DNA of 64,000 bases from Marsupella aquatica (lineage: Eukaryota; Plantae; Marchantiophyta). A program made the position numbers and the translations under genes. The notes beneath the pieces are model-generated. The model had not been told where the DNA came from. It did no database searches and saw nothing but the letters and a program-made list of their open reading frames with translations. The DNA lies in contig OZ316895.1 of the NCBI GenBank assembly GCA_973895155.1, forward strand, positions 2,715,659 through 2,779,658, given 5' to 3'. Positions 53,164 through 64,000 of the stretch are shown here, piece after piece (position 1 is the first letter of the stretch; every line of letters begins with the position of its first letter).

Positions 53164-56105
53164 TTATCCACACTGAGATGGGATCCTCCCCAAAATTGCC
53201 AACCTTTCTGAGACAGTGGCCCCACATTTTCTCAACATCGACCGCTCACTGGAGCGCAAAACCAATGAATGGAATTGTTGAGGCTGCTCGGTACTGGTAA
53301 TTGTAGAGAGCTGAGCTAAGTCATCTTCTAGGGAAGACGTGGGATAGAGGCTGTCCCGCTTTTCCAAGAGCGTCTGCATACTTTTCGCGACAGGTGCATT
53401 CAGAAGCCAAACCCCTAATTCAAATTTCTTGTCACCACTTTCCACTAGCTTAGTTTGCCGACCTCTTTTCTTGCTGTGGGAAACGAGGCCTTGCGTTGGT
53501 GGCCCAGCCCACCCTAAAGCTCTGGCAGTGCTCTCAATTCCTTGCTCAAGAATAATTTCCAGACTACATACTTTCTCAAAAGTCTCATCTGACAAGTGCA
53601 TAACGAAGAGAAGCATGAGCAGATCCTCCTGGGGCTTGCCAACTGCAGAGATTTCAAAATACTCGCAATCCTGTGAATTGCAAGCAGAACAGCCTACCTT
53701 CCTCCAAAGAGCAGTGCGGCGACGGATATAGCGCGATGAGAACGACTCTGAACACATATCTAACACCAGTGTCAAGTCAATGTTTACTATATCAAATGGG
53801 TTGTCTGCTTCGGTGAAACCGTATCTGTGCAGAAGAGCAGCATTACTCAATGTGCCGTATGTGTTGAAGATCTGCACCACCGTCCAACTCGGTTTTTCAG
53901 TTGATTGTATGTTGTGACACAATGTTCATCTCCAAGACGTAGGGAATTTGATAGGGGGTTCACTTTGTCCTGTTGTGGATGACGACGAAGGAAATAGTTG
54001 AGCAAGGCACTTCTGCAAACTAGACAGGACGTCTAATTACTTACCTCAGCACGTGCTGCGACGTCTTTCACAAGGATCATTTCCAAAACGTTACTGTGGC
54101 CCTCCAACCCAGAGGAAGCACTACCACCGTACTCTTCGGTTCGATAGTGGATGTCATTACGATCCCTTTTCTCCTCGTTGACATGATTATTACTCCGGGA
54201 CACTTTTAGAGGTTTGTGGGAATCCAAATCCGAATCTGCTTCTGAATCTGAATCTGAATCTGAATCTGAGTCTGAATCGTTGACTATGTGCACATCTTCT
54301 GCTGCAGTCTTGTGATTGAATCTGCCATTCAAAACAATTAATACAGTTCCCAGAACATACTGCCAGATTGTACCCATCATCCATCACTGCAGTATGACTG
54401 GGTAGTCCAGATTGTTTGGCAAGAAATCGCAAAGAGTTCGTGCACTTACAAGTCAGCCAAAGGCACCATTCCATAGCCATGATACTCATCAACCTCAAAA
54501 GCCCGAGAAGCTACCAATGTCTTCGCTGCCAGATAGTGACTTAACGTAAACCAGTTGGCTGGAAAGTCATTCGGATGGTGCAAAGAAAGTGGGGCTATGG
54601 ATTCCTTCCAGTCTTCTTCCATCAAAATGATGTCCTCTTTAATCACCTGCCTAGAAAGTCAAACCAACACCATCGAGGCAAACACACCATGAACATGAGC
54701 ATCTAAACAAATTAAATTTCTACTTCCTGCCCAACTCAATTCAAGGTGGAAAACTTGATCACCTTTTCCCTCACTACAAATGGTGACCTAGAGAGACTAG
54801 GCGATAGAGACAATTTCGGATCGTCACTTTTGGAACCGTCACAAACAATGACCATATGGACAAACGCTGTTGACAAGCCTACAAGGAATCCGATGTCCTT
54901 TATGCATAGCAACTGATTCACGGGCTGTAAGGTTTATATTCCCTCCAGGATCAATCTAGAGCCTTCCTCTTAGATATCTGTTTGGCACTCTCCTTAGGGG
55001 GGAGAGGAAAGTAAATAAATTGTTGAGAGAAGAATTATGGGATGTCATAGTCCAAACTATTCTTTGACACTGCTGACAGAAGAACTCTGTTCGTACAGAT
55101 TCGGTCCCTCGATCTAATTACAAAGGATACTGCATTAATCATGAAGGCTTAGAATTTCGGAGCACATTTGCGGTACAATCAGTGCACAATTCCTAGGCAT
55201 TTCAAGAAAATGCCCTCATTCGTAAGTATGGCTTGGAGTGATCAATACACGCACTAAGACAGACAGATGAGTGCACCTAGAAAAATCCAAACTGTTACAG
55301 CAAAAACCAAGTCATGGAAATCGAATTCAGAATATTGTTGATCCGTTCACCTTGTGTAGCTCGGTGCCCTGCAGAAGAGAGTCTATCTCCTCGGCGCTCC
55401 AAAGAAATGGCAGCCTTTGCTCATTTGGCAGTGCTTGCAAGTAGCCAAACCAGCTCGACCTCTCTTGCAGGCTCCGTTCGTACATAACGGCCACAGCAAG
55501 GCCCAGCCCACCTCCAAGTTCTTCTTCATCAATGAGCTGCGCTGCTCTAGTAGTCTTCACTGTGAGGCACGCCTGCTTGGGTATAGTAGCTATCAACTCA
55601 TCGGCTTGCATTGCGTACACGGCTCTCACCCCAATGTCTGCCACTGATTTGCTGCTGCCCAGCTCAAATGCTAGCCCATCCGTGTACTCGACGCCATTGT
55701 TGCGCATCCAGCGAAGAAATGTGCGAAACTTTCTATTTTGAAGAAAGTGGAACGTGCGGAGTGAGTGTTTGAGGCAAGGCATGGCCCTTCAACGGCAACT
55801 CTATGATGTAAGTTTAATTTTTCTCAACATTCTAGGACAAATGTACTCAGCAAAAAGCGGCTCAGGTCCTCCGAGCGAAAAATCTTGCCATGGACAAGAC
55901 TGGCAAAGACCAATGAAGGATATGACTGAGAGAAGAGGGCACAAATTATGAACCAATTTTGCGTAACATCCATGATCGAGGAGCTCTAGAGTCACATAAC
56001 AATGCAGAAATCGTCAATAGAAGACGCACAAACGTACAACACATGTGGAGGGAAAGAAAAATGGGACCTTTTAAAGACAGAGGATTGGAGTGGGTTCTCT
56101 GCCAT
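53164..56105 (-). CDS. SET-domain N-lysine methyltransferase, SETD6/Rkm4-like with Rubisco-LSMT-type substrate-binding domain (5 exons)
   Basis: Exons: 56105-56068 (MAENPLQSSVFKR, less certain), 55732-55351 (IATIPKQACL, SSWFGYLQALP), 54646-54450 (ASRAF..GMVPLAD), ~54321-54044 (FNH..), ~53871-53164 (IFNTYG.LSNAALLHRYGF..NPFD). Confidence 0.9.
54241..54278. repeat. (TCTGAA)n coding microsatellite (Asp-Ser repeat)
   Basis: tctgaa x~6 encoding DSDSDSDSDSDSE on the minus strand. Confidence 0.9.
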
Positions 56106-56289
56106 AGCTTGCTCCTCTCTTTGAGGAGAAAGGCGCTTGAACGTCACTCCTTGATCCAGTTGTCCGTCAACAAATATGAAAGCCCAAGGGATGCCAGTGG
56201 TTGTTGAATGCAAGATAGACCCACACTCACTCTCTATTCATCGGAGAAGGATTGCTAGAGAACGAAATGTTCATGAGCTATATAGTTCG

Positions 56290-56835
56290 ACATCTTCGTC
56301 CTTAACTAGATACTGTTGAACGGTATCTAGAGCTCCCGCGACCAAGGGTCTTGTAACAATTTCGTTGAAGCACGCAGCGACCTGTGGCCCAATAGTTCAG
56401 AGTTAGAGGTTTTGCAATGCAACTCCATTTTAGCATGCTACGTTAAGCCCTAAACCCTGTTGCATCTCACTAGTACATCTACATTGAAAACGAACGACCC
56501 ACTTGAATTCAGCGTGCCTGCAATGCCCCTGGAAATCAGACACGAAACCCTCAGAATGCAGAGAAGATGATAATTCGCGTACCTATATGGAGTCAAAGAC
56601 GGTACTACAGCGAATCGTAGCCCCTCGCCTTAGAGGAGTGATCCCGTGAGCTCTCTCACAGCAATCACATCCAATCTGTAATGCTTTCTGAAGCTGGGGA
56701 AGTGCCTTTGCGACGCATTATGCCTAAGTTTACCGTCCCCTCTACCAGATCCATCTTCACATGAGAGAAAACGCAGGTGCTGAATTTAATTTTCGACAAT
56801 TTGCAAGTCTTCAGTGCTTGATTCATCGCACTTCC
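56290..56835 (-). pseudogene. Partial, intron-retaining duplicate of lumazine synthase exons 2-3
   Basis: Colinear with ~48592..49112 including the intron. Encodes [31 protein letters not shown] and [23 protein letters not shown], with an in-frame TAA at 56630-56632. Confidence 0.9.
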
Positions 56836-56944
56836 CTCCCTGTACATCTTCAACTGCAACCATGGGGTCGGTCATTGGTGGCTTCCTCAGTCATTGACTT
56901 GCCGAATCTATGTCTTGCATTCCATCTTGTTGCTTTGATAACTC

Positions 56945-57131
56945 GAACCTCGAACATTTCGACTGCTTGGACAAATGGCGTCGAAAACTAGAACACTTCA
57001 ACATCATTGTTTGCTTTACGAAGATAGTGGGAAATCTGAACCTCGAACATTTCGACTGCTTGGACAAATGGCGTCGAAAACTAGAACACTTCAACATCAT
57101 TGTTTGCTTTACGAAGATAGTGGGAAATCTG
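56945..57131. repeat. Perfect 93 bp tandem duplication
   Basis: gaacctcgaacatttcgactgcttgg...gaagatagtgggaaatct at 56945 and 57038. Confidence 0.95.
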
Positions 57132-58558
57132 AAAATATGCTCCTTTGGCACTTCAATCAATTGACACCCATTTTGTTCCCAAAATTGCAAAGTTTGACAT
57201 TCATTATCTCCCTTGATATCCAACTGGATGGGCCCTTCTTGGGTTAGCTAAAAGCTACTTGGAAAGATCTTTCTAACCTATCTAATGTTTTTAGTTTCCA
57301 TGGAGAATTAAGAGAACTATGAATTTGTAAAGATTGCTCTATTAATCAATGTCCACATTTTGCACTTCCTGAAGTTGTTGAGCAGCTAACTTTGACATCA
57401 GTATCTCCATAGGAAATACAATAAAATCTGATGTTTTGGTGTCGGCTACAAACAGGTCATCCCTTTAGAAGAGATGCAAAGATCTTTCCTAGCCGTTTTT
57501 AACCAACTTGAAGAAATCAGATTCGGCTGGATATTGAGGGAGATAGAGAATGTCAAAGCTAGCTACCCTGAACCCTAAACCCATAGCTAACTTCAATGTT
57601 TTAAATCTCTCAATTTTCAATCAAATTTACAAATTTCTAAAGATGATTGAGGACTTCATTGACACCACATTTCCTAAAAGATTATATCACCTCTAGAGGA
57701 GGTCCACAGTTCTGTTCTCTTCAATGTGTAGGGATATCCCACGAAAATGGGTCCCTCAAGCTCAGATTGGTGTTGGTTGAGTTAAGGTGTTTGGGTACCC
57801 AAGTGGACACTAGGTTTGGAGACTTGGGGGCTCAAACTGCTTCTCTTGGCTTGGAAATCAATAAGTTGTAAACATAAACAAAGAGACCCACAAAGAGACC
57901 CATTGACAGTAATGAGTGTATTTTCCAGTGATGAAGCATAGTAGCACAAGGAGCGGATTTACTGGTTTGTCTTGGCACTATTTAACTATTAAACTGTATG
58001 GTGATACCTGTACATACATGGACAGTCAGATCTTGTACTATCAAATGTGGACCACCAGATCACATTTCATCACTCTACCTTCAAACTGGCCAAGGACCAG
58101 CAAAATAACCAAAAAACAACAAACCTGTGTACTCTTTGCAGCAAGTCTTCATGGCTGCTGAATTGGAGAGATATCACCATTAAAAGTTTCCCTTGATTTA
58201 CCCATGGGAAAGAAATCATCAGGGACAGTTTCCAATGATTTCCCATTGAATTCTACCCAAACGGCGGCCATATATAAATATAAATATATATATATACTGC
58301 CAAAGAACAAAAAGTGGCCAAAACCAAAAGCGGCAAATCCAAAGGGATAAAACTACCAAAGAAGGAAAGCCGCTAAATCAGGAAGACGCGATCCCAAAAG
58401 CAAGAAATGGAATACACGAAAAAGTAAAAAACCAAGGCCAAGGAGCCAATTGCAGGAAATTTGAGGCGACTATTTCAAATCAACATCCTGGACCCACATT
58501 CTACTCATCAGATTTTCTCTCCAGAATCCTGAAAATGGAGATTCCCTGAAGTTCTCTA

Positions 58559-58737
58559 CACGTGTCATCCCCTAATTGTACACTTGGGCTTCACGTCGCA
58601 GGGGCTCGCGGATTCTGCCACGTAGGTAATCTGGAATGACGTGGCAGAGAGTCTGCTGTGCTCCACTTTGTCATTTTGTCCAAGCCGAGTCATTAAGTAC
58701 TGGAAACGGCAGAACCTGTGGAGTAGTTCGTATAAAT
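58559..58737 (+). promoter_or_regulatory. ABRE/G-box cluster plus TATA box
   Basis: CACGTGTC 58559, CACGTC 58592, GCCACGTA 58617 (TACGTGGC on minus), GACGTGGC 58638 and TATAAAT 58731. Confidence 0.65.
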
Positions 58738-59606
58738 CTAGAGCAGCGACATCATTGCATAGAAGATCGAAGAAGAAGGACATCTGAGTTCTTGAGCAGC
58801 TTGAAGGACTGCGCTACTGTCAAATTACACGAACAAGTTATCTGTCGTTGACATTCAGTGAGCTAAAGTAAGCGATCCGTCTTTTTTTCGTTTTGTTCCG
58901 TTCCTGAAGTGCACATGAAACAGTGCCTTCATGTTACTTCTTCCTCTGAGGTCATGTTCTCACTGAACTGCTGGACGGACAGTGTTCTCAGATGATAGCC
59001 GGAATGCCATTGCAATCCCTGAGTCGTATGGGTCCTGTGCATGTTGTCTCAGTGCCGGTGAATTTGCTTTGGAAGAAAAGCACACTGAAGTGGAAGGACT
59101 ATGTGCGCTCCGTATAGACTTAATTGCCGGTGGAGATGGAAGAAAACCCAATTTCAATGTTCGGTCTAGACTAAACTTGGTTCCCGTCAGATAGTACTCA
59201 TTTCGAGTCCTTGTGGAGGAAGGCTGACTTAGTTGGAATCAGCGTCAGTCTTGACTCGACCGGGTCCTTTCTCTGTTGCCTTAATTGCTGGTCAATTTGC
59301 GGAGAAATAAACTGAACTGTTATGAGCGTTGAGTCGTGACAGGGTTGAGTCGTGACTCAACTTTTGGGTCTTTCTGTACAGTACCAATGGCCAGCTCGTT
59401 CGGTGGAAATAAATTTCACTGGACTGAGTAAATGTGGAACGGTTTTCGTACAAAATTCATGCACAGAGGTTGATGTGCTGGAGACTGGGTCATAATCTAC
59501 AGATCGAGGATGCAGGTTTACTTTGCTGACGTGCTATCAGCTCTTTTGGTTTTGTGCAGAGGAATCTGGTTTGCGAAAAGAGTGTGGAAAGGGATAGAGA
59601 GGAGAG

Positions 59607-60719
59607 ATGGCCAGTGATCATTCAGATGCGATTCAAGTGAAACCCGAGGACCTGTACGACCCTTCCGAGGGTGCATTTGCCGGTGCTCCAGCTACTCACG
59701 TCGATAAAGTTCAAGGTGAAGCATCATTTTACCATACTAGCTTTTTCTGTTGCTGCTTGTACGTGCTTTCTCTCGCGGCCCCCTGACGAAGACGTTTCGG
59801 TGGTGGCTCGAGTCTCGTCGATGGCAAATTGTGTCAGCACGGCTCGGCAAGGTTTTTCGCGCATACTGAGTTGTGACCCAAATCATTCGTTCTGAGTTAG
59901 ATCGGATTTAGTTGAAGCGTAGTTTAAAACTCAGATCTGTTTTCTCTAAAGGCCTAGTCCTGAATATGTAGGTGTACTACTAGTGTAAAGTTGAAGGAAG
60001 TGATAACGTGGAGCACTTGTTCCGACTTTATGAACTGGAAATGGAAAATCTCAACTGAGTTCTGCTGAAATGACAACTTCGTGAGTAATAGCAAAAGTTT
60101 TGATTTTCCGTAATTCTTCCAAATCTATTAAAAGGGGTCTTAGCGTTGAACTGGTTATCATCGATTTTATTGTGCCTCTCTTCCTGGTTGTTACAGGGTG
60201 TGAGTTTTGGAACTATACACTATGTACAGACAGAAGTTGTAAATAGTGTGATTGGTTTTGTCAAATATAGGGCATTAGCACCATACAGCGCTTGAGCAGA
60301 TGGAGCAAAGAGTCGTTGTTAACCATTTGTTACGTCAGACAGGATATCATCAATTGCTGTCTTATTATTTGGAAGACTAATCCAGAGGTTCTTGAGTTTC
60401 AATCCGTGGTTGGCTTTCTAATCTTGGTTGATTTGGTAAATTCGCAGAGGTGGATCCAAATGAAGGACAAAAGGGTATGTTGAAGGATATGTTGAAAAAG
60501 GAGCACGAGGAGCAACAACCTCCCGTTGCTGAGGGGCAGTCTGAGCCCGTCACCCACGAAACGGACAATGTTAAAACAACTTACAACACAGAGGACGACG
60601 GACAGAACCTAACGCTGAAAGCAAAGATCAAGGGCAAGATGGAGAAAGTGGGAGATAAACTCCGTCCAAAGAGTGCTGTTGAAGCCAAGAATGCCGATCC
60701 ACATCCTAATCTTGTATAG
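59607..60719 (+). CDS. Small hydrophilic LEA/dehydrin-like protein (~126 aa, 2 coding exons)
   Basis: Exon 59607-59715 (MASDHSDAIQVKPEDLYDPSEG..VDKVQ, phase 1 GT) joins exon 60448-60719 (AG acceptor, phase compatible). The product is charged, lacks Cys and Trp, and has a K-segment-like LKAKIKGKMEKVGDKLRP. Confidence 0.72.
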
Positions 60720-61699
60720 AATTCATCTTTCTGATGTACAAACACGGCCCGATTACATTCTCTTTCGTAAGAGTCCTCGAATCGACGGAGGGAATTTAGC
60801 AGAAAAGAGGCGCTGCTGTAGGGGTTGATTCACCCAACCACCAAGACAAATAGAGCAACGGCGAGGAGATCATTGGTGTGGATGTTGTTCATGCTACCTA
60901 CGGCACTACCGACAGCTTTCTTGATGCTGAGTTGTAGTGTCCGATATTGAAAATCTCGGAGACATGTACGATAAGTATAGATTTGTAGGCGAGCCGAATT
61001 GTGAGTTTGTATTGTTGTGGGGTGGATGTGAAGAGTCAACGATGAATCGAAACATTCCAAAGACAGCTCTAAATATAATCTGGTACTTGCGAGCAGTAGA
61101 AATTCTCAATGTAGTTGAGGGAAGTCCTTTATATTCTCATGTGCATACATCACAGGGAGTTCTTTCAGTGTTCCAGAATGGTCCAACTTCTGATTGAGTT
61201 AGTCGATTTGCAGGAGCGGTCCTTTTCAAAACAAAATAAAATTTGCTTATGGAGAGTTCTCCCCTGTTATCCAGACTTCATTGAGACACCACTCGCATAT
61301 TTTACTTTATATGGCATGAACGAATCATATGTCCACACTTTGTATATCGTATGTCCACTCTCTTTATATTCACATATTCAAGAGCATACGCCATGAATTT
61401 GGCATGCTTACTTTGTGACATACCTTCAGCCCTCTTATGAGTGAGATTGTTCTCCGAAGCAAATTCCACATGACTTCGGTACAAAGTGAGCAAAACCGAG
61501 TTCTTTTCAGTTTTGTTGTTCATGGAAACACCCTCAAAAACTCATGTGAGATCTTTGCTCAACCCTAGATTCTGATCAAAGATGACATCTACAAATGTGT
61601 AAAAGGCACCTGACCTGTACCCATTGTTTACTTGATGATTCAGTTTCTAAGTTATCAACGCATTTAGACGGATAATGCATCGAGCGCAACATTATCATT

Positions 61700-61915
61700 C
61701 GCTTTCAGGTTTGACAAGCCCTATAGTCTCCAAAAACATACCCATACTTCCTGCCACATTACATTTCAAAACACATTTGCATATTCCTCGCTATTGATCC
61801 GCCTACGCAATGCAAGTGTTCACACACTCATTTCCCACCCACAGAAGTGCACGAGCCGGAGATTGAACTTGAGACTACAGTTCTCCAAGTCACAATCCCT
61901 TCCCATTAATCAGCA
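61700..61915 (-). mobile_element. Possible tRNA-derived SINE fragment
   Basis: The minus strand reads gctgattaatgggaagggattgtgacttggagaactgtagtctcaagttcaatctccggctcgtgca, a tRNA-like head with B-box-like GTTCAATC. It does not fold as an intact tRNA by eye. Confidence 0.35.
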
Positions 61916-64000
61916 AGTTCATCCAAGGAGGTAAGCAAACTAAACTATTTAGAAACAGAGATCACACACCTCGACCAAGAGGGGCTTCATGTATATGACT
62001 AGAGAATAATCTATGAACAGAAGTAGCAGCGAGCTCCTTCTCTCCTCTCTTGAAACATAACAAACCAACCCTTCCCCATATCTCGGTTATGACTGTTCTT
62101 CAATGGTTTTGTCACGCGATTCAAATTCTCTATATATTTATCCATCTTCTGACTCATTTAGCAGAGAGGGCTTGGTTGACGCTGCTGTCTGAAAGCTATC
62201 CCTGTACACAACCTAAAATGTGGGTACACTTGGTGTGTTTAAATTCATGGGGAATAATGGAGTGATCCACATGAGTCGATTAGTCGATTAGTAGTCATTT
62301 GGAGCAAATTTGGGAAAAGCTTGTGTAGCATAAAACTTCCCTCTGTTTATGAAGTTATGAGAAGCAAATGGACCAACTCTGGAGCAAAGAACAAAGGGTA
62401 GACCAAGCACCCAAACATGGTCCCGCATCCATGCTTCTTCACAGAATAATTAACTCGAAATTTTACAATCCCAAAAAATGTGTACTCTGTTCCCATCACA
62501 CAGGCCACAGTAGAGTGCTTGCTGGTGAGCTTTAGTCAGAAATCATGATAGTTCAAACCTCAGAGACGTACTGTAATCTATTGAACTCAATTCTCAGCCA
62601 CAAACCTCACCAAACACTTTTCATAATTATAAGTCACATATATCCATCTGACTGCGGAGAATGTCGTCATTCTTCACAGATCCTTTGCCAGAGCGCGTTC
62701 GTTCGTTATGTACGTTACTTGTACTGCCACGAACTGCGTCGTCAATGACCTCACCATCAGGCAAGCAACAACACCAATGTCCTCAACATCAGGCAAAGCA
62801 ACAGCACCAGTTAGTTATTCCCGGCAACCAGAGTCCTCGACCAACCGAAAGAAGGGTACAGTACAGAAGTACTCAGCTCCTTCCTCCACTTCGATCGGAA
62901 ACTGGGAAAGAACAAGACAGTGCTTTGCTCCTTTGTCCATTTCGCTCGGAAGGTTGGAATGCAGACCATGCCAACTAGAAGTGGAGTGGTGGTAGTGATG
63001 GACATTCGTGGAACTCGTGAACTCAGCAGCTTCCGGTGAAGCCCACCCATCCACTCACAACGCTCATGACACCAACGGAAGGACTATAGCAAGTACGATT
63101 CACCTCACCACGTGGGAGTTCCATGTGTGATGCGACAACTTCTGTCTGTACGATTACTCGTAGAAGAGTGTTTCGTTTGGTGGCTTGTGTAGAACGGGAG
63201 GTGCGGAGCAAGTTGAGGAAACCCCGACAATCGGATGTGTAGTGAGGCCTTTCTTGTACCCTGTCTTCCCTTCAGGACCTAAAGAGATTTCCGGACAGGT
63301 TTTTGCTTAGCGTTGTTGCGTCACGTGGTGGGAAGGGCAAAAGGAGAGGATTGGATTTGATTGTCTTGGGTTGGGCTGTGGGGACAAAGCATGTAGGTGG
63401 TGAGGGACAGATGCACATTAAAAGGAACCGGAGAGCTGTGATCATAGGATGTTCAGTGTGCTGCTTTGGATTCCAACCCAGAGAAGGCGTTACTAGTCTG
63501 GAGCGAGGTACCAGGAGCGCAATGTCGGAGAAGACCAGGCCTCGGTGCGAGTGTCCATGTCGTGTCGTCGAAATCTCTGCCACAACACAGCAGAGGATGG
63601 GGTTCTCAGACTAACTCCTGTTGAAATTTATCCTCTGTTGGATGTTTGCCCCAGAGAATGGTTACCTCACGGGCGACAAGGACATTGTCACAATTCTTCT
63701 GTGATGGAGTGGCCACCCGCTTGACCATATAAGTTGTTTTGAGACTGAATCTGACAAGCCCAGCTGCAAAGTTGTTTCATTGCTAGGAGGGAGCGTTATC
63801 ATCTGGGCCAGATGCAAAATTGTAATGGAATCATCTTGAGTTGTGCAATTGCACGGGAATTGTGAATTCACAGCAAAGAAAAACAGGAAATTTGTCTATC
63901 CTGCGGCTGCGGTTGTTAGGTAGCACAGGGACACTGCACGGCTGAAAGGGATCGCCACTGCACATATACCGAGCTGCAAACGCTGAATGGCATTAGGTTC

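Noticed and set aside
62600-64000. Coding-like minus-strand sequence at the window end
   Set aside because: No consistent frame, splice model or known motif. It may be a pseudogene or the 3' part of a gene outside the window.

Overview
This is eukaryotic nuclear DNA from a land plant, most likely a bryophyte (inferred from gene content and intron style). Seven protein-coding genes are supported: an intronless ankyrin-repeat/PGG membrane protein (-), chloroplast sensor kinase CSK (-), a GDSL esterase/lipase (-), 7-hydroxymethyl chlorophyll a reductase HCAR (+), lumazine synthase (-), a SETD6-like SET-domain methyltransferase (-) and a small ABRE-preceded LEA/dehydrin-like protein (+). Between them lie a 5'-truncated CRE-like non-LTR retrotransposon with a restriction-like endonuclease, a decayed L1-like LINE, two Tourist-like MITEs and many short tandem duplications. 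The most striking structure is that the ~550 bp upstream of HCAR is an inverted paralogue of the region upstream of lumazine synthase, including a shared uORF. A pseudogenised copy of lumazine synthase exons 2-3 also sits just upstream of the SET gene. Together these fit a partial duplication followed by a ~16.6 kb inversion that gave HCAR a riboflavin-gene promoter. Exon boundaries were read by eye and may be off by a few bases.
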